Of a DNA stretch of 64,000 bases, positions 35,401 to 42,905 are shown piece by piece. Numbering within the stretch: position 1 is the stretch's first letter; each line of letters starts with the position of its first letter. The notes beneath the pieces are model-generated. The model was not told where the DNA came from and ran no database searches. It saw only the letters and a list, made by a program, of their open reading frames with translations. Both the position numbers and the translations under genes were made by a program. This stretch comes from Clostridia bacterium (GTDB lineage: Bacteria; Bacillota; Clostridia; Oscillospirales; CAG-272), in assembly GCA_017403155.1 (NCBI GenBank), contig JAFQOP010000017.1, positions 17,023-81,022 on the forward strand, given 5' to 3'.

Positions 35401-37646
35401 TAGACGTCGTTCTCCCCGAGGGCATTGTAAGCATAGGCAGCAACGTATTTAGTAGCAGCTACTATCTTGAGAGCGTTACCTTCGGTGAGGGACTTGTAAC
35501 CCTTGGCGATAATACGTTTACAGGATGTGAGGCCCTTGTTGAGGTTTACTTCCCCGCAAGCCTCAGAACCATCGGTAAATACACGTTCTCCGATAAGTAT
35601 GGAGACGGCTGCGCAGCCCTTAAGACCGTCGTATTCGCTGACGGCTCCGCACTCGAGGCTATTCCCGAGGGCACCTTTGCCGGCTGTGGAATCGAGTCCA
35701 TAGTTATCCCCGCAAGCGTTAAGGAAATTGAAGACAAGGATACCTCCACGAGCTACAGTCTCGGTGCATTCTGGGGCTGCTCGTCGCTCGCTACGGTTAT
35801 CTTTGAGGATAATTCCGCTTGTACCAAGATTGGCGCATTTGCATTCTATCAGTGCTCCGCTCTTGACAACTTCACCATTCCCGCATCGGTAGTATCCATC
35901 GGTGAGTCCGCATTTGAGGAGTGCTCCTCGCTTAGCAGCATCACCATTCCCGCTACCACGACTCAGCTTGGCTTCGAGGCATTCCGCAGCTGCTCCTCTC
36001 TTGCAACCGTTGTTCTTGAGACCAGAGCAACCGAGCTTCCCGGCTATATATTTGCATACTGCTATGCACTTGAAACCGTCGTAATTCCTTCGACTGTTTC
36101 CTCCATCGGCTCCAACTGCTTTGACGGCTGTGTAGCTGCCTTCTACGTAGAGAGCGGAAGCGCCCACTACAAGGCAGTTGACGGTATTCTTTACACCGCA
36201 GATATGACCGAGTTTGTCTTCTATCCCGCATACAAGACTGACAGCAGCATTACCATTCCTAAGGAAATCGTAAGAATTCCCGACGGTCTGTTCTACAGAA
36301 ACGAGTATCTGCGTGAGGTTATCTTCGAGGAGGGCGGAACCGAGGATCTTACAATTGGAGAAAACGCATTCTACAATGTTGTAACTCTTTATAAGGTTGT
36401 CCTTCCTGCAAGACTTAAGGCGGTTGGCGACAGCGCATTCTACGGCTGTGCAAACCTCGCAACCATCAATCTTCCTGCGAACCTCGCAGAGGAGAACGTT
36501 GGCTACGATGCATTCTACGGCTGTGACAGAATCGTTGAGATTTACAACCAGAGTGCAAACGAGATAGAGGCAGGCGATAGCTATGCATACGAGGGTCTGT
36601 TTGCATCAGCTCTTCGTGTTTACACCGAGGGTGAGAGCCTTGTCCGTATCGATGAGGACGGATATATCACCATCGCGCTTGACGGTGAGGTTTACCTCGT
36701 TGGCTACGTAGGCGGTGAGACCGATCTCGTAATTCCCACGGGCGTAACTATCATCAACTATGCAGCATTCTACGACAACTCCGACATCACCTCCGTGGTA
36801 ATTCCCGAGGGTGTTGTCGAGATCGGCGAGTATGCATTCTACTACTGCACAAGCCTTGCAAACGTAACGCTTCCCTCGACTCTCGAGCGCATAGTCGATA
36901 GGGCATTCTCTGACTGCTATGATCTTGGCACCGTTCTCATTCCCGAGAGCGTAACCGAAATCGGCAGCAATGCATTCAGCTCCTGCTCGGATGCACTCTT
37001 CCTCATCGAGGCAGCATCTCAGCCCGACGGCTGGGCATACTACTGGAAGTCCAGCAGCGCGCGTACTATATGGGGCTACACGGGTGAGACTATAGTCTAC
37101 ACCTTTGAGGTAGACGGCGGCACAGCAATAGATCCCATCTCCTCCACTATGCCCATCACTCTTCCCGAGACGGCAGTGAAGGACGGCTGGTACTTCGCAG
37201 GCTGGTATGCCGATGAAGAGTTTACTACGTTAATCAACGGTGAGTACTACGATGCTACCAACACCGTGATCTACGCAAAGTGGATAACTGAAGAGCAGTA
37301 TCTTGAGCAGTTCCTCGGCACAAGCTTTGAGATGGCTATCGTGCTTAATGTTGGAGACACAGTGGCAGACTCCGTAGAGGAAAAGTATCAGAAGCTCTAC
37401 TTTGTATTCACTCCCGAGACAACAGGCTACTATAAGTTCTATTCTACGGGCGAGACAAAGTACGATCCCGATATGAACTGCACTCTTTACGATTCGTCTT
37501 ATAACCAGATTACGTTCTCTGAGGACGATAACGGATATCAGTTCAGAATCATAAGAGAGCTTACCGCAGGCGAGACCTACTACTTTGTAGTAAGCACAAG
37601 TTATTCAAGCTCCGGTGACTACACCGTTACGCTTGAGGAATATTGA
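29424..37646 (+). CDS. Giant lipoprotein: Flg_new repeats + Fn3-like array + about 70 BspA-type LRRs + C-terminal PPC-like beta-sandwich
   Basis: 2740 aa with lipobox AMVSC|N and an AAGGAGG SD. Flg_new repeats (e.g. YTVTFDSQDGTEV..GYDFLGWYKDEAF..TLYARWE) occur near both ends. Five Fn3-like modules carry W..V.GA.SY.V. The LRR consensus is as in the subtilase. The tail GETYYFVVSTSYSSSGDYTVTLEEY is only tentatively PPC-like. Confidence 0.93.
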   Translation: MTKRKILSLLLAVMLIICAFAMVSCNDEEPEVPTPSEKTEWPEAGVYKFAAGISECSLVLNEGDTFTLVYKDQSQNGTYTLSNSTLVLKFEGEAEKLVTANYAVTAITLNYDGANMILYKNLSYTVTFDSQDGTEVASQTVVNGQKATLPENPTREGYDFLGWYKDEAFTSAFSFESPITADTTLYARWEKPSEDMQLPDPEINVTATKIEWQSISGARSYRVDIIAPDGEVVFTQNATATVVNVDFEQFDAAIYTVRVTALAQTGSEDDSSKEVTYAHKALAKVTGFDVISPSLLVFNKVENAEKYYVTVVCGDPDHNHTYYDNGTNRFFSLENCVMGEDGIKVTVTAVAEGFASSTSETFVYKRELGAVTGLVIDEATETVTWNEVENATSYMVSVICGDASHSHAFVSVGSQTSVSIKGCAPCEGGIVVKVYPVTDGYISPEATTLTYEKSGLQTPGALTVNGTVISWNAVTGATSYEVKIGTETYTVDANSYDMAALLNYAEGTPYAISVRAVSDDANSLWTDVLTARYYEMGELAYGKGTLTWAPVVGVAGYEVQVNGGEIVAVDGSTTAAPITFTKAGVNTLKVRFVDGKVKSEWKSIEVYAHAITFDTLGGSEIIVQYKAVGDPITLPTATKAGYVFDAWYNLPGGAASNGKEYTDTVFAGSGSIVLYAQYVAEEYEIDLDFAGGSGTSDKGTVSYENSYTIEVPVAADPALVFAGWFSAPYGKGVQYTDANGNSLAPWTDLEGAKFYAFWVDYTLEYTLTNVNGKPAYMVSAGDRISLVTEITVPATYKGVNVAMIAGNAFLNCTTLEVINLPATIEQISNVSPFGGCTALKEINVYDVEGVSARYWSEDGVLFDNGTSTVATPKLLHMPVAKEGIYTVPAGITEIPEAAFASSKVSKVVIPVSVTKIGREAFTNATNLASVVFSVPEARESASALMIGARAFAGCTSLEKIILPARLSEIKLQKYTVSGETVEIDGAENAFAGCTSLSAITVAAGNAAYKSVDGLIYSADGKTLLYCPAGKTFEDGKLEIPTGTVTVAAGAFVDCSGITEVALPNTVTLVGECAFYGTASLSKVTFGGESFVNLVIGKYAFRDCSNLSVLELEPGSRVSVISEGSFMNCTSLSALTVPATATAIQANAFSGCTGLESISFEASTQELAFGENAFYNCTALASVTLPANVSAIPGIFNGCSSLTSVTVHEDNPYFMSDEEGVVFNKEKTEIVFFPHGKSGDYTLPDTVTSIANGVFKGVSLDSITINNAITSIGDEAFRDSSIYEYIFVGDENTESLTIGNSAFEGASGDELTLPAHTKYIGEAAFARSDFYYGIVLNNGVETLGAYAFYDMEFGSWSADPVIIPPSVKTIGDYCFAEGEYDYVDVEINAEGSVLEYIGKHAFDGNSSFYSFTIPATVKVIDDYAFYNCYYLGYYPSYYGGFSFAADSTLETIGAHAFDYCEYLEEITIPKSVKTIKAYAFANCGGLETVIFEEGGSDDLILGTPYTYSYIDVNGQQVTAIDRGHVFDNCKYLENISLPEHLVEIGEYSFYNAGGNLYSSNLTVSFGENSRLATIGDGAFYYANISTITIPKSVRNLEPVLDEATGEYRDRIGIGNKAFYFLYDSLTEVIFEAGSNEPLTIGEYAFDTCRLLESIELPARLAPYTSYTGEVIPPLANGAGVFNEATALQSVTVSGTDGYYASVEGVLYTADMTELVFCPVAKNGAVSIPATVTKIHDRAFYECVELEAITFVGGEGDMVIGNEAFYGCKKITEIVLPDNVKTIGTEAFYGCSELVAITLPAGLAGFDSGIVGACPKLSTITVGGGENAGFKLVGGVMFSIDGTELIYYPATLDATEYTVPDGVKYIADGAFSGNTMLESITLPEGLIEIGANAFSSCSVLESINIPGSVVLLDTGAFIGCYSLSSVDFADSEEALIIGDKAFYNNSSLESISFPERLAEIGMEAFYSAVLSEVSFAPNSKLGVIGDMAFYRTRLVDVVLPEGIVSIGSNVFSSSYYLESVTFGEGLVTLGDNTFTGCEALVEVYFPASLRTIGKYTFSDKYGDGCAALKTVVFADGSALEAIPEGTFAGCGIESIVIPASVKEIEDKDTSTSYSLGAFWGCSSLATVIFEDNSACTKIGAFAFYQCSALDNFTIPASVVSIGESAFEECSSLSSITIPATTTQLGFEAFRSCSSLATVVLETRATELPGYIFAYCYALETVVIPSTVSSIGSNCFDGCVAAFYVESGSAHYKAVDGILYTADMTEFVFYPAYKTDSSITIPKEIVRIPDGLFYRNEYLREVIFEEGGTEDLTIGENAFYNVVTLYKVVLPARLKAVGDSAFYGCANLATINLPANLAEENVGYDAFYGCDRIVEIYNQSANEIEAGDSYAYEGLFASALRVYTEGESLVRIDEDGYITIALDGEVYLVGYVGGETDLVIPTGVTIINYAAFYDNSDITSVVIPEGVVEIGEYAFYYCTSLANVTLPSTLERIVDRAFSDCYDLGTVLIPESVTEIGSNAFSSCSDALFLIEAASQPDGWAYYWKSSSARTIWGYTGETIVYTFEVDGGTAIDPISSTMPITLPETAVKDGWYFAGWYADEEFTTLINGEYYDATNTVIYAKWITEEQYLEQFLGTSFEMAIVLNVGDTVADSVEEKYQKLYFVFTPETTGYYKFYSTGETKYDPDMNCTLYDSSYNQITFSEDDNGYQFRIIRELTAGETYYFVVSTSYSSSGDYTVTLEEY
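31790..37010 (+). repeat. BspA/TpLRR-type leucine-rich repeat array (about 70 repeats, protein level)
   Basis: About 1740 aa of recurring ..L.S(I/V).(I/L)P.SV..IG..AF..C..L.. modules. Confidence 0.7.
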
Positions 37647-37697
37647 TGCACGTCTGCATCTGACGCATCAGGCCACATCCGTGGCTTGATGCTCCCC

Positions 37698-37748
37698 GAT
37701 ATCCCATACCAAGAGGTGTGCGCCCTCGGGCGCACACCGAGGGATATC
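37698..37748 (+). terminator. Strong compound hairpin after the 2740-aa gene (possible terminator or RNA-stability element)
   Basis: Inner 10-bp GC-rich stem GGTGTGCGCC/GGCGCACACC (37715-37738, loop CTCG). It is nested in the outer stem GATATCCC/GGGATATC (37698-37705 and 37741-37748). AAAATTT follows, with no clean U-tract. Confidence 0.4.
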
Positions 37749-37752
37749 AAAA

Positions 37753-37834
37753 TTTACACGGAACATTCCGTGTAAAAATGAGCAGAAATGAAGGGTGTGC
37801 AATTCTGTTCACTTTTACATGGAATTTATGTAAA
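37753..37834 (+). promoter_or_regulatory. Two TTTACA...TGTAAA inverted repeats upstream of the MoxR operon (candidate operator pair)
   Basis: TTTACACGGAAcaTTCCGTGTAAA (37753-37776, 11-bp arms) and TTTACATggaatttATGTAAA (37814-37834, 7-bp arms). They lie 83 and 25 nt upstream of the ATG at 37859. Confidence 0.3.
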
Positions 37835-37858
37835 GAATAAAAAGAAAGAAACAGTACT

Positions 37859-38998
37859 ATGAACGGAAAGCAATTGTTTAAGAAGCATTATACGCGCCTT
37901 GTGCTTGAGGGAATTTTGCTCTCGGCATTCGGTGGCTTGGCGATAGGCTTTGCGGCGAGCTTCGTCGCGGCGCTTGTCGCGTGGATTCTTGATTTCGGCG
38001 GCATATGGCTTGCCATCGGAGTTGGAGGCGGAGTGGCTCTTGTGAGCGGAATTCTCCTCTATTTCCTGAAATATAAGCCGAATGAGGTGGAGGTAGCCAG
38101 ACGAATTGACCGTCTGGGACTCCAGGAGAGAATGGTAACCATGCTCGAGCTTCGCGGCGAGGACAGCTATATTGCCAACCTTCAGCGCGAGAACGCAAGG
38201 GTAAGCCTTGACAAGGTATCCGCCTCGGGCAGAAAAATCAAATTCAGAATATCAAGACTGTTAGTCATTATGCTGACTGTGGCATTCGTCCTTGCCGCAT
38301 CTATGACCACAGTCGTCGGACTTGCCGAGGCAAACGATGATTTGAAGTTTGACAATCCCTTTGAGGATGAGGATGATATTCTTGCCACCTACATTCCCAT
38401 CACCTACCTTGCAGACGAGGGCGGTGAGATAGAGGGAGAGACAGACCAGCTTATCCCCCCCGGCGGCAGCACGGAAACGGTCGTAGCAGTAGCGGAAGAC
38501 GGATGGGTGTTCGTCGGATGGGATGACGGCAACGAGAATCCCGACAGATTTGAAAAGAATGTGACCGAAGAGTGGGTATATATAGCAATCTTCGAGCAGA
38601 TCGCCGAAGGAGACGGCACGGAGGACAGCGACGAGTCCAACGGTCAGGCGAGCACTCCCGAGGGAGATGAGGCTGAAGACCTTCCCGAGGGCGGTGATGC
38701 TAACGTGGAAAGCGAGCAAAACGGCGGAAATGGAGAAAAGGGTGATGGCTCAGGCTCAGACGGCAACAACGACGGCGGTCAGGGCTCCAGCGAGGAAGAA
38801 GGCGAAGGCAAGGGAGACGGTCAAGGTCTCGGCGCCGGAGGCAAATGGGAGGATAGCAACCAGTTCCTCGACGGCATGACCTACTACAAGGATTACCTCG
38901 ACGTGTATTACGAGATGGCTCAACAGTTTTTTGAGGAGAACGGCGAGATACCGCCCGAGCTGCTTGAATTCTTCGAGACATATTTCAACAGTATATAA
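37859..38998 (+). CDS. Polytopic membrane protein with acidic Gly/Asp/Glu/Ser-rich low-complexity region (hypothetical; first gene of the MoxR block)
   Basis: 379 aa. It has two N-terminal hydrophobic hairpin segments and a third TM (LLVIMLTVAFVLAASMTTVVGLA). A partial Flg_new-like segment (GWVFVGWDDGNENP) follows. A low-complexity tract at about 38591-38840 precedes a conserved-looking aromatic C-terminus. Confidence 0.75.
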   Translation: MNGKQLFKKHYTRLVLEGILLSAFGGLAIGFAASFVAALVAWILDFGGIWLAIGVGGGVALVSGILLYFLKYKPNEVEVARRIDRLGLQERMVTMLELRGEDSYIANLQRENARVSLDKVSASGRKIKFRISRLLVIMLTVAFVLAASMTTVVGLAEANDDLKFDNPFEDEDDILATYIPITYLADEGGEIEGETDQLIPPGGSTETVVAVAEDGWVFVGWDDGNENPDRFEKNVTEEWVYIAIFEQIAEGDGTEDSDESNGQASTPEGDEAEDLPEGGDANVESEQNGGNGEKGDGSGSDGNNDGGQGSSEEEGEGKGDGQGLGAGGKWEDSNQFLDGMTYYKDYLDVYYEMAQQFFEENGEIPPELLEFFETYFNSI

Positions 38999-39031
38999 AA
39001 AATAAATATATAAAAATAAGGTGAAAGAAAA

Positions 39032-40081
39032 ATGGTAACAGAACAGAACATTCAGAAATTCAGTACTCAGTGCAAGAACATCTTTGAGCAGATCGGCAGA
39101 GACGTGATAGGACAGAAGGAGGTTATCGAGGGTGCGGTTATCGCGATGATCGCAGGCGGTAACGTGCTTCTCGAGGGTGTACCCGGAGTTGGCAAGACCC
39201 GTCTTGTTCGCTCTCTCGGCAGAGTATTCGACCTCCCCTTCTCAAGAATACAGTTTACTCCCGACCTTATGCCCGCCGACGTTACGGGTACCAATATCAT
39301 AGTCAAGGACGAGTCGGGCAACTCCTCCTTCCAGTTCCAGCCGGGTCCCATCTTCTCGAACATCATTCTCGCCGACGAGATCAACCGCGCAACCCCCAAG
39401 ACGCAGTCGGCACTTCTCGAGGCGATGCAGGAGCACACCGTTACCGTAATGGGTGTATCCAGAAAGCTCGAGGAGCCCTTCTTCGTTCTCGCAACGCAGA
39501 ACCCCGTTGAGCAGGACGGTACCTATCCTCTTCCCGAGGCACAGATGGACCGCTTTATGTTCAAGATTATAGTTAAGAATCCCTCCCTTGACGAGCTTAT
39601 GGACATAGTTAATATGACCCAGAAGACCATGGCAGAGGTTGCGGATGCGGCTTGTAACGGTGCGGACCTGCTTGAGATGCGCGCTACCGCAAACCAGATT
39701 CCCGTAGCAGAGGACGTTATGAGATATGCTATGCGTCTTTGCTCCGCGACCCACCCCGACAGCGAGTGCGCGAGCGAGGCAGCAAAGAAGTACGTCCGTC
39801 TCGGTGCATCCCCCCGTGCGGGTCAGGCTCTTATCTCTGCAGCTAAGGTAAAGGCTCTTATGAGCGGTAGATACAACGTGTCCTACGATGACGTAAACGC
39901 GCTTGCATACCCCGTTCTCAGACATAGAATGAAGCTCACCTTCGAGGCGGTAGCGGAGAAGGTAAGCCCCGATGAGATAGTATCGATGATTATCGACGAG
40001 CTTTCCGGCAAGGCAAAGCTTAACAGCGACCTCCCCAAGGACGCAAAGGACAAGAAGAAGGATAAGCTCGGGAGAAAGTAA
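39032..40081 (+). CDS. MoxR-family AAA+ ATPase (AAA_3 type)
   Basis: Walker A GVPGVGKT, RIQFTPDLMPADVTGT, Walker B ILADEINRATPKTQSALLEAMQE, ATQNPVEQDGTYPLPEAQMDRF and GASPRAG. Confidence 0.93.
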   Translation: MVTEQNIQKFSTQCKNIFEQIGRDVIGQKEVIEGAVIAMIAGGNVLLEGVPGVGKTRLVRSLGRVFDLPFSRIQFTPDLMPADVTGTNIIVKDESGNSSFQFQPGPIFSNIILADEINRATPKTQSALLEAMQEHTVTVMGVSRKLEEPFFVLATQNPVEQDGTYPLPEAQMDRFMFKIIVKNPSLDELMDIVNMTQKTMAEVADAACNGADLLEMRATANQIPVAEDVMRYAMRLCSATHPDSECASEAAKKYVRLGASPRAGQALISAAKVKALMSGRYNVSYDDVNALAYPVLRHRMKLTFEAVAEKVSPDEIVSMIIDELSGKAKLNSDLPKDAKDKKKDKLGRK

Positions 40082-40980
40082 TGAAGGGTTCTTATTTAAA
40101 CGATGAATTTTTCAGTCGTTTAGAGACGCTCTCTCTTGAGCTTCGTGCCGATCTCGCAGGCTTCTTCGGAGGCAAGCACCTTGTGCGCACGTACGGACAG
40201 ACGGTTGAGTTCGCGGACTACCGCGAGTATATGCTCGGTGACGACATCCGCCGCATAGACTGGAATCTTTACAGCCGTTTTGAGAAGTTTTTCCTGAAGC
40301 TTTTCACCGACGAGCGCCAGATGCACACGCAGATATTCATAGACACCTCCGCCTCGATGGGAAAGCATAACCCCGAAAAGGCGGCGTACGTCGTGGGTAT
40401 AGCGGCGGCACTCGGCTACCTTTCGGTTCACAATATGGACAAGGTATCCTTCAAGCTCATAAGCGGTGAAAAATCCGAGGATCCGTTTGGCACCATCGTT
40501 GGCAAGCGCGCCTTCTTCGACGCAATCAGCTCCCTCGAGGAGCTCTCCTTTGACGGAGAGTGCGATCTTCGCTCCTCCATTATAAATGCGCCGAACGTGG
40601 GCAACAACGACGGTCTGACGGTTATAATCTCCGATTTCTTTACCGACAGCGACTGGAAAAAGGCAGTGGATTATCTTTGCTACAAGAAGAGGCAGGTCCT
40701 GCTCGTACAGGTAATGACCCTTGAGGAAAGAGATCCGCTTTACACGGGTAGAGTCAACCTCATAGACTCTGAGTCGGTGGACGTGGCCGACGACAAAAAT
40801 ATGAAAATGAAGATCGACCGTGCGTCGCAGAATGCCTATGAGGCAGCTATGCGCGAGCTGGTCGGTGACTTGCATCAGTTCTGTAATTCGCGCGGCGCCG
40901 CCTTTGTATCTGTGTGTACCGATCAGCCGATTGAAAGGATGCTCTTTAAAGAACTTTTGAAGGTAGGTATCATGGGATGA
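40081..40980 (+). CDS. DUF58-family protein (MoxR-associated, vWA-like)
   Basis: FADYREYMLGDDIRRIDWNLYSRFEKFFLKLFTDERQ is the hallmark DUF58 motif. The start overlaps the MoxR stop (TAATG). Confidence 0.88.
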   Translation: MKGSYLNDEFFSRLETLSLELRADLAGFFGGKHLVRTYGQTVEFADYREYMLGDDIRRIDWNLYSRFEKFFLKLFTDERQMHTQIFIDTSASMGKHNPEKAAYVVGIAAALGYLSVHNMDKVSFKLISGEKSEDPFGTIVGKRAFFDAISSLEELSFDGECDLRSSIINAPNVGNNDGLTVIISDFFTDSDWKKAVDYLCYKKRQVLLVQVMTLEERDPLYTGRVNLIDSESVDVADDKNMKMKIDRASQNAYEAAMRELVGDLHQFCNSRGAAFVSVCTDQPIERMLFKELLKVGIMG

Positions 40981-42890
40981 CGTGGCTGGTACCTCTTGGA
41001 CTGATTGCACTTGCAAGCATTTTAGTCCTTATAATCATTTACATAATCAAGCCCAACTACCAGCAGAAGCTGGTCTCCAGCACCTACGTATGGAAGCTGA
41101 GCTTGAAATATAAAAAGCGCAGAATACCGATAAACAAGCTGAACAATATTCTGATATTCCTCTGTCAGCTCCTTATCCTCTCCATCTGCTCCGTGCTTCT
41201 CGCGCGCCCTGTAATAGCAAACGAGAAGATTGGTGACGAGAGCGAGAGAATAATAATCATCGACGCATCGGCAAGCATGCTCCTCTCCGACGGCAACAAC
41301 ACCCGCTTCGAGCGCGCGGTGACCGATGCATCTGTCCTTGCTGAACAGACGCATGAAAACGGTGGCATCGTTTCGGTAATTCTCGCAGACGAAACCCCCG
41401 AGTTTATCGTCCAGCGCTTGAGCTCGGATAACAGTGAAGAGCTCAAGCTCGGTATGACATCGCTCACAGAGGGGAACACCCGTTGCTCATATAGCTCTGC
41501 GGATATGGAGGGCGCCATTGCCCTTGCCGAGGAGGTTCTTGCCTACAATTATGAGGCTCAGATTCACCTCTTCACCGCAACGAACTACATAGAGAAAAAC
41601 GGCGTGTTCGTGCATGACGTGTCCGCCGCGGACGAGTGGAATGCGGCAGTCCTCGGCTGCACCGCAACGCTCGACAACGAGAACCATTATGAGATAACGG
41701 TAGACCTCGGCTGCTTCAGCAACGAAACAAAGGATTTCACCGTTTACTGTCAGATAAACGGTGCCAACGGCAAGGTGCAAAGTGAAGCACCCTTCCACGA
41801 GCCTATCGGTAAATCGGCATTCTTTGACCCCTCTGATGACAGACAGACCGTCACCTTCAACAGTGACGATTTCGGAGGCGAGTACCTTTATTCCTTTGAT
41901 TACATAGAGGTGTACGTTGAAGTCGACGATAACTTCGAGAAGGATAACTTCTTCTCCCTCTACGGAGGCACAAGACCCACGATAAGGGTGCAGTACGCCA
42001 GCTCAATACCCAATAACTACTTTGGCGGTATTGTGCGCACCATCCGTGAGAAGATGAAGGGCGATTGGAGAATTGAGTTCAAGGAGCTCAAGGCGGACCA
42101 AAAGGCTGCCACCGAGGGCTTTGACCTTTATATCTTTGAGCACCGTATGCCCGACGTTATGCCTACCGACGGAGTAGTTCTGCTCGTTGACCCGAGCGGC
42201 TCGCCTGATGGCTCCGGCATACACTTCGGCGGCACCTACAACGTAGATAAGTCCTCCACCCTTGCGGCAGGAACACCCCACAAGCTCACCGAGTACGTGG
42301 ATTCCTCGAGGGTCACCATCGCTAAGTACACCGAGATTCAGAGCAGCGACGGATATGAGGAGCTTGCATACTACAACGGCAGACCCGTCATCCTCGCAAA
42401 GAATGAGGACAATGCGAAGGTCGTGGTATGGGCGTTTGACCTTAACTACTCCAACCTTATCGCTATGCCCGATTTTTCCTTCCTTATGTATAATCTCTTT
42501 AATTACTATATTCCCTCCACCTTCGACTCCTACTCCTATGAGATAGGAGATACGGTCAGCCTCACCGGTAGGGGCACCGAGCTGAAGCTGTCGGGAAATG
42601 GCGAGGAGATAACGTTTGAGGGCAATAGAGGAGAGTACACCGTTACCGCCCCGGGCAACTACACGGTTACCCAGAAGCCAATGGCAGGTGACGAGCTTAT
42701 AATCGAGAGCTTCTTCGTTGGCATTCCCAATTATGAGAGTGACGTAACGAAGGAGGTCGATTTCATCCCCCCTGCGAGCGTAGAGATAGTAACCGAGATA
42801 GAATTTGAGGACCTTATCTTCTACTTTGCCATAGCACTTGTATCCCTCCTCTTCGTCGAGTGGATACTCCAGTCCAAGAAGAACTATTAA
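40977..42890 (+). CDS. BatA-like membrane protein: N-terminal double-TM domain + vWA domain + C-terminal TM
   Basis: The N-terminus has two TM helices. The vWA domain has MIDAS IIIIDASASM. The C-terminal helix is LIFYFAIALVSLLFVEWIL. An ATGA overlap joins it to the DUF58 gene. Confidence 0.85.
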   Translation: MTWLVPLGLIALASILVLIIIYIIKPNYQQKLVSSTYVWKLSLKYKKRRIPINKLNNILIFLCQLLILSICSVLLARPVIANEKIGDESERIIIIDASASMLLSDGNNTRFERAVTDASVLAEQTHENGGIVSVILADETPEFIVQRLSSDNSEELKLGMTSLTEGNTRCSYSSADMEGAIALAEEVLAYNYEAQIHLFTATNYIEKNGVFVHDVSAADEWNAAVLGCTATLDNENHYEITVDLGCFSNETKDFTVYCQINGANGKVQSEAPFHEPIGKSAFFDPSDDRQTVTFNSDDFGGEYLYSFDYIEVYVEVDDNFEKDNFFSLYGGTRPTIRVQYASSIPNNYFGGIVRTIREKMKGDWRIEFKELKADQKAATEGFDLYIFEHRMPDVMPTDGVVLLVDPSGSPDGSGIHFGGTYNVDKSSTLAAGTPHKLTEYVDSSRVTIAKYTEIQSSDGYEELAYYNGRPVILAKNEDNAKVVVWAFDLNYSNLIAMPDFSFLMYNLFNYYIPSTFDSYSYEIGDTVSLTGRGTELKLSGNGEEITFEGNRGEYTVTAPGNYTVTQKPMAGDELIIESFFVGIPNYESDVTKEVDFIPPASVEIVTEIEFEDLIFYFAIALVSLLFVEWILQSKKNY

Positions 42891-42905
42891 CAGGAGCATA
42901 GCCAG

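Noticed and set aside
31790-37010. CRISPR-like or tandem DNA repeats inside the LRR and Pmp genes.
   Set aside because: The periodicity is at protein level (units of about 69-75 nt). The units are strongly diverged at DNA level, lie inside long intact ORFs, and have no invariant repeat / variable spacer structure. No cas genes are present.
37647-37858. Riboswitch or T-box leader in front of the MoxR operon.
   Set aside because: Several hairpins are present, but I could not recognise any conserved riboswitch core or a T-box specifier/antiterminator arrangement. It is reported only as an unexplained structured spacer.
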